Source: Macrostomum lignano
Lineage: Eukaryota
Assembly: GCA_002269645.1 (NCBI GenBank)
Contig: NIVC01002309.1
Span: forward strand, 62,001 to 126,000
Length of the DNA stretch: 64,000 nucleotides
Direction: 5' to 3'
Shown here: piece after piece, positions 12,196 through 23,292 of the stretch
Layout of the letters: each line of letters starts with the position of its first letter
How positions within the stretch are numbered: position 1 is the first letter of the stretch
Position numbers and translations under genes: made by a program
The notes under the pieces: model-generated
Seen by the model: only the letters and a program-made list of their open reading frames with translations
Told to the model about the DNA's origin: nothing
The model's database searches: none

Positions 12196-13132
12196 TAGGT
12201 ACACAGGAACAGTACCAACCGGGACTGCACGCAAGCAGAATCTGTGGAAACCAAGCAGACACGGGATAAAGACGGCCCCGCCCAAATAAAAATAGCAAAT
12301 TCTTTGATCCGAACTAAAATATCAGGTCATTATATGAATAACTAAAGCAATGGACATGGCTGCGAGTATGCATATTATACAAGGCTCAATTCAGTAACCT
12401 GCCGGTAGCCACGCCTATATTACAAAAAGCAAGCGACATCACTTAGTCAGGCATGCATAAAGAATAGAAATAATTTGCGTTTGAAAGATTCTAACAATAG
12501 GATGCTTCTTTGAGAACGGAAAACGCTAAAAGATAATCACAGTAGTGGCTCTTCTTTTCTGACAAAACTGATATTTAAGCACAAGGCAGGTGCATCATTA
12601 TTTTTTCTCTAGGTTGTAAAAGCCACTTTTGTGAGTTGAAATTCAAAAAGGCAATTCTTGTTGCTTTGAGGGCGGTTAGGGCTTTTATTGCTTGTGACAG
12701 TGAGTGTATATGCCTGACGATTGGAAGGTCAGAGGACCGTTGAACACCTCTATGAGAAAGAGTTTCGATATTTATAGATAAATATTAATTATTAATAAAT
12801 ACTTACTTACCCTAAAGATTCAGACATAGGAAAAGAAAATATAAGAGAGCTATAAATTGCGGAGGGTTCCTGTTATAAATATGATCTACAGACAGTCTGC
12901 CGGAGCCAATAGGAATAGACACAAGCTGCATTCTTTTCTAGAAAAGGTGTAGAAAATCATATCAAATCATAAAACTAACAATCCCAACTGGTTTAATACT
13001 GCATCTGGATTCTGCATTTTAAGGGCTACATCTACTCTACATTCTACAATATTGGTTTGGCTATTACCGGCATTGACAACTGTTTAATTCTTCTAATAAA
13101 TCTTCTAACTGAGTCTGCGATTGCATCTGTTC

Positions 13133-14458
13133 TACAGCTTGGCACCCAGGTCTACACTAGGCCTACAGCTTGGCACCCAGGTCTACACTAGGACTACAGC
13201 TTGGCACCCAGGTCTATACTAGGCCTACAACTTGGCACCCAGGTCTACACTAGGCCTACAGCTTGGCATCCAGGTCTACACTAGGCCTACAGCTTGGCAT
13301 CCAGGTCTACACTAGGCCTACAGCTTGGCATCCAGGTCTACACTAGGCCTACAGCTTGGCATCCAGGTCTACACTAGGCCTACAGCTTGGCACCCAGGTC
13401 TACACTAGGCCTACAGCTTGGCATCCAGGTCTACACTAGGCCTACAGCTTGGCACCCAGGTCTACACTAGGCCTACAGCTTGGCATCCAGGTCTACACTA
13501 GGCCTACAGCTTGGCACCCAGGTCTACACTAGGCCTACAGCTTGGCATCCAGGTCTACACTAGGCCTACAGCTTGGCATCCAGGTCTACACTAGGCCTAC
13601 AGCTTGGCACCCAGGTCTACACTAGGCCTACAGCTTGGCACCCAGGTCTATACTAGGCCTACAGCTTGGCATCCAGGTCTACACTAGGCCTACAGCTTGG
13701 CACCCAGGTCTACACTAGGCCTACAGCTTGGCACCCAGGTCTATACTAGGCCTACAGCTTGGCATCCAGGTCTACACTAGGCCTACAGCTTGGCACCCAG
13801 GTCTACACTAGGCCTACAGCTTGGCACCCAGGTCTATACTAGGCCTACAGCTTGGCATCCAGGTCTACACTAGGCCTACAGCTTGGCACCCAGGTCTACA
13901 CTAGGCCTACAGCTTGGCACCCAGGTCTACACTAGGCCTACAGCTTGGCACCCAGGTCTACACTAGGCCTACAGCTTGGCACCCAGGTCTATACTAGGCC
14001 TACAGCTTGGCATCCAGGTCTACACTAGGCCTACAGCTTGGCACCCAGGTCTACACTAGGCCTACAGCTTGGCACCCAGGTCTACACTAGGCCTACAGCT
14101 TGGCATCCAGGTCTACACTAGGCCTACAGCTTGGCACCTAGGTCTACACTAGGCCTACAGCTTGGCACCTAGGTCTACACTAGGCCTACAGCTTGGCATC
14201 CAGGTCTACACTAGGCCTACAGCTTGGCACCTAGGTCTACACTAGGCCTACAGCTTGGCACCTAGGTCTACACTAGGCCTACAGCTTGGCACCTAGGTCT
14301 ACACTAGGCCTACAGCTTGGCACCTAGGTCTACACTAGGCCTACAGCTTGGCATCCAGGTCTACACTAGGCCTACAGCTTGGCATCCAGGTCTACACTAG
14401 GCCTACAGCTTGGCATCCAGGTCTACACTAGGCCTACAGCTTGGCACCTAGGTCTACA
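13133..14458. repeat. 31-bp minisatellite (TACAGCTTGGCACCCAGGTCTACACTAGGCC)n, ~43 copies
   Basis: Highly homogeneous tandem units. Confidence 0.97.
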
Positions 14459-15329
14459 ACTTGACAAAGAAATGATAAAACCGAAACCAAATCAAAACCA
14501 AAATATTCCTGCAGTTATCTGCAAAAAAAGACAGTTTTCTTTTATTTCAGTACAGACATGTACCATTTACAGTCAATAGAATACGCTAATGCAAAAATAA
14601 TATAATGAGAGCAAAGCGATATAATATGATTGTAGTAATAATATTAATAATAGATTTAAAACAATCAATCAAGACAGTATATTATACATACATAAATATA
14701 TATATTTTCTAAATAGCAGCCTCAATACCGTTTAGTCGTGTGTGACGCAAAAATTGAATATTAAAGTTTTCTTTCTTTCTAAGTTAAGGACGGTCAGGTT
14801 TCCTTTGTGTACAGGATTAATAATAAATTCTTCACAATAAACTTCAAGTTCTAGCATATAAATAGTAATAAAAAATATTACCATTATTGACAAGAATTAA
14901 TTTTCGTGCAAACCATACTGAATCTTGAGTAAAATATAGAAGCTACAGAAAAAACCAAAACGATAAAAAAACAGAAAATACAGTACTCATGTTCTGCAAG
15001 ATTTTTTCGCAATTGTGATTTGTTTTCAATGATACAAAATAAAACTGTTTTCATTGCAACTACTACACATAGAAGCTTACAGAATTCAAATTTATTGATT
15101 ACTCGACAATGTTAAATAAGTGCAGCAGCTTCATTTAAATATCGGATCGCGTTGCTGGGTGCTATAAATAAATAATAAGAGATTTCCTATTTCAGTTGCA
15201 TAATATTTAAGCATGGCAAAAATTTTATAGAGGACTAGATAACGGAAATTTAACCCAAGTAAGTTTAATAAATAATAAAACTATTGAGGGCACATTGAAA
15301 ATAATGTGCCTATGTATATGCTCGTCAAG

Positions 15330-15590
15330 GAATGGGGTGGCTGTTATTAGAGAGTGTACAATGGGGAGTGGGGTGGCTGTTATTAGAGAGTGTACACTGG
15401 GGATTGGGGTGGCTGTTATTAGAGAGTGTACACTGGGGAGTGGGGTAGCTGTTATTAGAGAGTGTACACTGGGGAGTGGGGTGGCTGTTACTAGAGTGTA
15501 CACTGGGGAGTGGGGTGGCTGTAATCAGCGAGTGTACATTGGGGACTGGTGACTGCCAACAGAGTGTACATTGGGTAGTGTCACTGGATG
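15330..15590. repeat. 36-bp minisatellite (GGGGAGTGGGGTGGCTGTTATTAGAGAGTGTACACT)n
   Basis: About 6-7 tandem units. Confidence 0.9.
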
Positions 15591-16996
15591 GTTAAAATAC
15601 ACTAATATAGGCCCTACTATGGTTTTGATAACAATTAAATATTTTGTGCAGAATTACGAACTACATTATTGATTTTGCGATAAAATTCCTGTGATACCAC
15701 CTAATTATAGTTAGGCGGATAGTAATAGCTCGTATAACTGACAAATTAATATAAAAAAGCATCATGACATAAATCATTACTCTACTGTGATCACAGTTAA
15801 GGAGAAATCACGTTTACTGCAATTAGAAATATATTGCTATAGGCGATGACGTGTCGCATGAGAACCGTGAACTCTTGACAGCAATTTAATACAAGTAAAA
15901 AAGGAGTTACACATAAGACGCGAAAAGTCAATAAGAATTAGTCAAGCATATCAATTTCTTTTGTAAATAAATTACGTACATCATAGCAAATACAAGACAG
16001 AAAAAAGCAGAATCTTATAACTAAGGCAAAATTTTGCAAGTGAATTACATTATTACGAATAAATAGACAATGGGGAGAAAAACTCATATTAACACGAACT
16101 AAAGGCAAAATAGTAAATATAGCAAATACATGTAAATTTATAGATACAGATAGCTAATATAAATAAATATTACTTAGCAAGCTTATCTAAACATGGCTTA
16201 GTTATAAACAATTTGTTAATATTCTGCCAAAAAAGAATATTATTTTATAATAATCATATTTCATATCTTAATATAGGATTCGAATGATAAATGCGCGACC
16301 TCTAAATAAACCTAAATAAATCAAATTTACTGTAATTTGGATATATGATTTGTTTTACTCATAATATTGATATAAGTAGCTAAATTTGTTTTCAATAATA
16401 ACAACTGCCGCAAAACTATCAAGGTAAAGTGAAACTTGATTACAAAGCATAAAACGAGAATTATTTATGAGCCTTAGTTTCTGTCGCTAAATCAATAAGC
16501 AAAAACGTGGGACTGAGAAGTCAATAAGCAGTTATTATTGACACATGTAAAAACACGGTCACATTACATGAGAGACGATTATAAACACATTTTTGTCTTG
16601 CGCTGGTGCTTAGATAAGAAAAAACTGGATTTAGATAAACACATAAGGTTGTTTATAGATTCTACAGAAATGTTTATTAAATCGAAAAAGGTGTTTATAA
16701 ATTCTAAAAGGGTGTTTATGGATTCCAAAGAGGTTTATATAACCTAAAAGGGTGTTTATGAATAATAATAACAATTGACTAAATCTGCCGGCTGCGTACG
16801 GCTGTTCAGTCCAAGGACTGGGGGGGGGGTCGCCACACACAGCCTTAATAACCCCAGCTAATGCTGGCACCCATTTTACAGCTGGGTGAAGTCCTGTTCA
16901 AGGACACATTTTTTTCGAGTGGTATTGGGAATCGAATCCCCGACCTTCACAAGCTACAATTCTTAAAAATGGTGTTTATGGATTCTAAAAAGGTTG

Positions 16997-17002
16997 TTTA
17001 TT
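16997..17002 (-). terminator. Candidate polyadenylation signal of the HDAC gene (AATAAA on minus strand)
   Basis: TTTATT on the + strand about 200 nt downstream of the stop. An ATTAAA alternative lies at 17162-17167. Position-based inference only. Confidence 0.4.
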
Positions 17003-17202
17003 GATTATAAAAGGGTGTTATAACGATAACAATAGATTTTTAAAAAACGAATGTTTATAATAAATTCTCTAAATGGGTGCGCAATCTGGGGTTAAAATCA
17101 ATAAATACATATTATAATATAATATTTGCTAAAGGTAAGGCCAACCCAGACATCAAAACTATTTAATAGATGTTTATACAGATTTCGGTGTGAGGTACAA
17201 AC

Positions 17203-17697
17203 TCAATGAGAGCCAGCACTGCCAAAGCTCAGCGCATGCAATCTCTGAGTGGCCTCTTCAACGCTCATATCGACTGTACTAGCGGCCGGAGCCAAGCCCA
17301 GACAGGCGCCCCAGAAGGGTCGCTGTACTCGAACAACTTGATGAATCAATTCAACAGCGTCAGCATTCGGTCGTCGCAGTCGTTCAGCGTCTGACAGCTG
17401 CGGCACAGGTTCGCCTAGCAGTACGCGAAGGCAGGCTTCAACGCAAGCTGGCAAAGTGGCAAGATCGTAGCCGCCTTCCAGCGCCAGAGCCACCCGGCCG
17501 CCTGGGGTGGCGTGCAAGAGTTGCCAGGTTAACTGGGCGAAGCCTTCAGGCGACAGGCAGTAGCCGCCTAGGTTGGATGGGTGGCCTCTAGCCGCGTCGA
17601 AACCCGCCGATACGAGTAAAATATTGGGCGCGTATTGCGCTACTACTGGCAGTACGATTGCGCGAAATGCTGCCAGGTATTCAGCGTCGCCCATGAC
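17203..17697 (-). CDS. HDAC4: Class IIa histone deacetylase (HDAC4/5/7-like), last coding exon
   Basis: VMGDAEYLAAFR..VLP....PNILLVSAGFDAARGH...GGY.LSP.GF...GGRVALALEGGYDL. Acceptor tttgtcag|GTC, stop TGA at 17203-17205. Confidence 0.95.
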   Translation of the reverse strand, partial: VMGDAEYLAAFRAIVLPVVAQYAPNILLVSAGFDAARGHPSNLGGYCLSPEGFAQLTWQLLHATPGGRVALALEGGYDLATLPACVEACLRVLLGEPVPQLSDAERLRRPNADAVELIHQVVRVQRPFWGACLGLAPAASTVDMSVEEATQRLHALSFGSAGSH

Positions 17698-17756
17698 CTG
17701 ACAAATGCGTTAGGGGGGGGGGGTTATGGACTTTTTAAAAACTTGCTGAAAATTTT

Positions 17757-20700
17757 CAGGCGTGTTTCAGTAAGCTGAAGCTATCCTACTTCAGGTGTGT
17801 TTCAGTAAACTGAAGCTATCCTACTTCAGGTGTGTTTCTGTAAACTGAAGATAACCTACTTCAGGTGTGTTTCAGTAAACTGAAGCTATCCTACTTCAGG
17901 TGTGTTTCTGTAAACTGAAGATAACCTACTTCAGGTGTGTTTCAGTAAGCTGAAGCTATCCTACTTCATGTGTGTTTCAGTAAGCTGAAGCTATCCTACT
18001 TCAGGTGTGTTTCAGTAAACTGAAGCTATCCTACTTCAGGTGTGTTTCTGTAAACTGAAGATAACCTACTTCAGGTGTGTTTCAGTAAACTGAAGCTATC
18101 CTACTTCAGGTGTGTTTCTGTAAACTGAAGATAACCTACTTCAGGTGTGTTTCAGTAAGCTGAAGCTAACCTACTTCATGTGTGTTTCAGTAAGCTGAAG
18201 CTATCCTACTTCATGTGTGTTTCAGTAAGCTGAAGCTAACCTACTTCATGTGTGTTTCAGTAAGCTGAAGCTAACCTACTTCATGTGTGTTTCAGTAAGC
18301 TGAAGCTAACCTACTTCATGTGTGTTTCAGTAAGCTGAAGCTATCCTACTTCATGTGTGTTTCAGTAAGCTGAAGCTAACCTACTTCATGTGTGTTTCAG
18401 TAAGCTGAAGCTAACCTACTTCATGTGTGTTTCAGTAAGCTGAAGCTATCCTACTTCATGTGTGTTTCAGTAAGCTGAAGCTATCCTACTTCATGTGTGT
18501 TTCAGTAAGCTGAAGCTATCCTACTTCATGTGTGTTTCAGTAAGCTGAAGCTATCCTACTTCATGTGTGTTTCAGTAAGCTGAAGCTATCCTACTTCATG
18601 TGTGTTTCAGTAAGCTGAAGCTATCCTACTTCATGTGTGTTTCAGTAAGCTGAAGCTATCCTACTTCATGTGTGTTTCAGTAAGCTGAAGCTATCCTACT
18701 TCATGTGTGTTTCAGTAAGCTGAAGCTATCCTACTTCATGTGTGTTTCAGTAAGCTGAAGCTATCCTACTTCATGTGTGTTTCAGTAAGCTGAAGCTATC
18801 CTACTTCATGTGTGTTTCAGTAAGCTGAAGCTATCCTACTTCATGTGTGTTTCAGTAAGCTGAAGCTATCCTACTTCATGTGTGTTTCAGTAAGCTGAAG
18901 CTATCCTACTTCATGTGTGTTTCAGTAAGCTGAAGATAACCTACTTCATGTGTGTTTCAGTAAGCTGAAGCTAACCTACTTCATGTGTGTTTCAGTAAGC
19001 TGAAGCTATCCTACTTCATGTGTGTTTCAGTAAGCTGAAGCTATCCTACTTCATGTGTGTTTCAGTAAGCTGAAGCTATCCTACTTCATGTGTGTTTCAG
19101 TAAGCTGAAGCTATCCTACTTCATGTGTGTTTCAGTAAGCTGAAGCTATCCTACTTCATGTGTGTTTCAGTAAGCTGAAGCTATCCTACTTCATGTGTGT
19201 TTCAGTAAGCTGAAGATAACCTACTTCATGTGTGTTTCAGTAAGCTGAAGCTAACCTACTTCATGTGTGTTTCAGTAAGCTGAAGCTATCCTACTTCATG
19301 TGTGTTTCAGTAAGCTGAAGCTATCCTACTTCATGTGTGTTTCAGTAAGCTGAAGCTATCCTACTTCATGTGTGTTTCAGTAAGCTGAAGCTATCCTACT
19401 TCATGTGTGTTTCAGTAAGCTGAAGCTATCCTACTTCATGTGTGTTTCAGTAAGCTGAAGCTATCCTACTTCATGTGTGTTTCAGTAAGCTGAAGCTATC
19501 CTACTTCATGTGTGTTTCAGTAAGCTGAAGCTATGCTACTTCATGTGTGTTTCAGTAAGCTGAAGCTATCCTACTTCATGTGTGTTTCAGTAAGCTGAAG
19601 CTATCCTACTTCATGTGTGTTTCAGTAAGCTGAAGCTATCCTACTTCATGTGTGTTTCAGTAAGCTGAAGCTATCCTACTTCATGTGTGTTTCAGTAAGC
19701 TGAAGCTATCCTACTTCATGTGTGTTTCAGTAAGCTGAAGCTATCCTACTTCATGTGTGTTTCAGTAAGCTGAAGCTATCCTACTTCATGTGTGTTTCAG
19801 GGAACTGAAGCTAACCTACTTCACGTGTGTTTCAGGAAGCTGAAGCTAACCTACTTCATGTGTGTTTCAGTAAGCTGAAGATAACCTACTTCATGTGTGT
19901 TTCAGGGAACTGAAGCTAACCTACTTCACGTGTGTTTCAGGAAGCTGAAGCTAACCTACTCCATGTGTGTTTCAGTAAGCTGAAACTAACTTACTTCATG
20001 TGTGTTTCAGTAAGCTGAAGATAACCTACTTCATGTGTGTTTCAGTAAGCTGAAGCTAACCTACTTCATGTGTGTTTCAGTAAGCTGAAGCCTGAAGTAA
20101 AGCCACTTCAGGTGTGTTTCAGCAAGCTGAAGCCTGAAGTAAAGCCACTTCAGGTGTGTTTCAGCAAGCTGAAGCCTGAAGTAAAGCCACTTCAGGTGTG
20201 TTTCAGTAAGCTGAAGCCTGAAGTAAAGCTACTTCAGGTGTGTTTCAGTAAAGCTGAAGCCTGAAGTAAAGCTACTTCAGGTGTGTTTCAGTAAGCTGAA
20301 GCCTGAAGTAAAGCCATTTCAGGTGTGTTTCAGTAAGCTGAAGCCTGAAGTAAAGCCACTTCAGGTGTGTTTCAGTAAGCTGAAGCCTGAAGTAAAGCTA
20401 CTTCAGGTGTGTTTCAGTAAAGCTGAAGCCTGAAGTAAAGCTACTTCAGGTGTGTTTCAGTAAGCTGAAGCCTGAAGTAAAGCCATTTCAGGTGTGTTTC
20501 AGTAAGCTGAAGCCTGAAGTAAAGCCACTTCAGGTGTGTTTCAGTAAGCTGAAGCCTGAAGTAAAGCTACTTCAGGTGTGTTTCAGTAAAGCTGAAGCCT
20601 GAAGTAAAGCTACTTCAGGTGTGTTTCAGTAAGCTGAAGCCTGAAGTAAAGCCATTTCAGGTGTGTTTCAGTAAGCTGAAGCCTGAAGTAAAGCCACTTC

Positions 20701-20892
20701 AGGTGTGTTTCAGTAAGCTGAAGCCTGAAGTAAAGCTACTTCAGGTGTGTTTCAGTAAAGCTGAAGCCTGAAGTAAAGCTACTTCAGGTGTGTTTCAGTA
20801 AGCTGAAGCCTGAAGTAAAGCCATTTCAGGTGTGTTTCAGTAAGCTGAAGCCTGAAGTAAAGCCACTTCAGGTGTGTTTCAGTTATGCTGAA
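17757..20892. repeat. Bipartite minisatellite: 35-bp unit (GTGTGTTTCAGTAAGCTGAAGCTATCCTACTTCAT)n switching at ~20080 to a 42-bp unit (GTGTGTTTCAGTAAGCTGAAGCCTGAAGTAAAGCCACTTCAG)n
   Basis: Directly visible. Fills most of the last HDAC intron. Confidence 0.97.
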
Positions 20893-21151
20893 GCTATAGT
20901 CTACCTACTTTATTATATCGACTATGTTTATCAACAATCCGCAATAAACACTAAAGTAAAAAGTACACACACGCGTATCAAGATTAAAGACAGGCACATC
21001 CGGGATCTCCTCTATTAAGCTACCTGTCAGACACAAAATATCATATATCATACTTTATTATCTAGATATCCATCCACCACAGCTCGACAGATCACTTACA
21101 TCACTTACTGCAGATCATATGTGGTAAACAATTTTTGACACTATTGCTTAC

Positions 21152-21418
21152 CTGTCCAGACCAAGGTATGTTAATATTAGTACCAAGTCCAGCCCCAGTG
21201 CCGATTTCATCTAGCGCTCCGGAACCGGGAAAAAATGCTCCGCCATCGTAACGATGCAGCGAGATGTACAGCACGCTCGGATCGGAATAGAATGTCGACT
21301 GAGTCCCGTTGCCATGGTGAACGTCCCAGTCGACTATGCAAACTCGGGCCGCTTGGCCGGATCGAACTAAACTGCGAGCGGCTATGGCAACGGAATTGAA
21401 GTAGCAGAACCCCATGGC
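21152..21418 (-). CDS. HDAC4: Class IIa HDAC, coding exon 4 (Zn-binding [11 protein letters not shown])
   Basis: [14 protein letters not shown]...[35 protein letters not shown]. Acceptor ctcaccag|GCC, donor CAG|gtaagc. Confidence 0.96.
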
Positions 21419-21459
21419 CTGGTGAGGTTGGGGTGGGGTTGAGTGTTGAATAGACTGCT

Positions 21460-22270
21460 GTGTTATATTGTTTCGGGTTGTGTTTATTCGGTAGGGTTAT
21501 GTTTATTGGGCCGGGTTGTGTTTACTGGGTCGGGTTGTATTTACTGGGTCGGGTTGTGTTTATTGGACCGGGTTGTGTTTACTACGTCGGACCGCCGGGT
21601 TGTGTTTATTGGGTCGGACCGTCGGATTGTGTTTATTGGGTTGGGTTGTGTTTATTGGGTCGGACCGTCGGATTGTGTTTATTGGGTTGGGTTGTGTTTA
21701 TTGGGTCGGGTTGTGTTTATTGGGTTGGGTTGTGTTTATTGGGTCGGGTTGTGTTTATTGGGTTGGGTGTGTTCATTGGTTCGGGTTGTGTTTATTGGAT
21801 CGGGTTGTGTTTATTGGGGCGGGTTGTGTTTATTGGGTTGGGTGTGTTTATTGGGTCGGGTTGTGTTTATTGGGTCGGGTTGTGTTTATTGGGCCGGGTT
21901 GTGTTTATTGGATCGGACCGTCGGGTTGTGTTTATTGAGTCAGGTTGTGTTTATTGGGTCGGGTTGTGTTTATTGGGCCAGGTTGTGTTTATTGGGTTGG
22001 GTGTGTTTATTGGGTCGGGTTGTGTTTATTGGGTCGGGTTGTGTTTATTGGGTTGGGGTGTGTTTATTGGGTCGGGTTGTGTTTATTAGGCGGATCAAGT
22101 GTTAATTGGACTGCTGTGTTTATTGGGTCGGACCGTCGGGTTGTGTTTATTGGGTTGGGTTGTGTTTATAGGGTCGGGTTGTGTTTATTGGGTCGGGTTG
22201 TGTTTATAGGGTCGGGTTGTGTTTACTGGGTCGGGTTGTGTTTATTGGGTTGGTTTGTGTTTATTTGGTT
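21460..22270. repeat. ~19-bp minisatellite (TTGTGTTTATTGGGTCGGG)n in HDAC intron
   Basis: Tandem units with short indel variants. Confidence 0.95.
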
Positions 22271-22358
22271 GACTGTAAAATGTTTATGAAGTAGTAACCG
22301 TTTACTGGGTTATTTCTAATGTTTTTTAAGGTCACAAAATTTAGCAAAACCAACGCAC

Positions 22359-22668
22359 CTGAGAATGCTCAGCGTGATGACCAGGCGGCCTGATCAGCGC
22401 CAGACCGTTTCTACAATCGCCCAAAGCGATTCTCTGGCACAACTCCAGCAGTACGCCAACAGCCAATCGGCAGGCCTGAGCTGTGCCGCCTTCGATCCAC
22501 ACCGTGTCCGTGTCTACGCCAAAGCCGCCGCAGGGTAGCTGGGCGAATTTGAAATTCAATAGCAGAGTAGGATCTAATCTAGTGCGCTGGGAAGGCTGAG
22601 TGGCGTGTAGGACGCTGTACATCTCGTCGTGGCAGAGGCGCAGCTCTTCAATGGTGGCTTTGCGAGAT
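22359..22668 (-). CDS. HDAC4: Class IIa HDAC, coding exon 3 (LPCGGFGVDTDT; RPPGHHAE)
   Basis: SRKATIEEL...LPCGGFGVDTDT.W...A.RLAVG...EL...A.G...NG.ALIRPPGHHAE. Acceptor tttag|A (phase 2), donor CAG|gtgcgt. Confidence 0.95.
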
Positions 22669-22819
22669 CTAAATTCAAAATTAGAGGAGTAGGGTGGTTA
22701 AGGCGTGAGAATAGTCCTGACGTGAGGTAAGATATGAGAATTTGAGATGAACAATTTGTGATAAATTAACATTCTGAGGTGTGATAAGATGAGATTAAAA
22801 TTTGGATGAGATCTGCAGG

Positions 22820-23292
22820 GTTGAGTTACTAAAAGTACAGGCAAAATTCTTGCACTTATTTCGTTACCAAAAGTACATGCGTAATTGATTGGATTAATAA
22901 ATACTATAGTACAAGGATGACTGATGAAACTCTAGAATCAGTAAAAGTACCAACATAATAATAAATGTACTAATAATAGATTACTAAAAGTACAAACCTA
23001 ATTACTGCACCATTATTATTTAAATTACTATAAGTATAAAGCTACTTATTGCTCTATTAATAAATTACTGAAAGTACAAACCGACTTATACGAGGCTCGT
23101 ATTGCACTATTATTATAAATTACTCTAAAAGTTAATCATCGCAGCAGTAAGGAATTACTAAAAGTACAAACAAAATAATGTCGTACTTGATTCCTAAAAG
23201 TTCAAACATAATTGTTGAACTACTAACTAACTAAAAGTACAAATCTATTTAGACCGACCGCAATCAATAAAGAAATAACTAAAAGTACAAAC
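22820..23292. repeat. Degenerate interspersed repeat of TTACTAAAAGTACAAAC in HDAC intron
   Basis: About 9 copies of an AAAAGTAC(AAAC) core between 22830 and 23292. The last copy is the donor itself. Confidence 0.7.

Noticed and set aside
16780-16960. Possible SINE/LINE 3'-end fragment (GCTGGCACCCATTTTACAGCTGGGTG...CAAGGACAC...GGGAATCGAA) interrupting a degenerate AAAAGGGTGTTTAT repeat
   Set aside because: It resembles common invertebrate retroposon tails from memory only. No boundaries or TSD were found, so it cannot be supported without a library search.
13133-20892. Regular 31-42-bp repeats, some with hairpins, resembling CRISPR arrays
   Set aside because: Units are head-to-tail with no unique spacers, no cas genes are present, and the context is a eukaryotic intron or intergenic region.
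21443-22289. Several 114-220-aa hydrophobic ORFs (LGRVVFIG..., GCVYWVG...)
   Set aside because: They are translations of a stop-free 19-bp minisatellite inside an HDAC intron.
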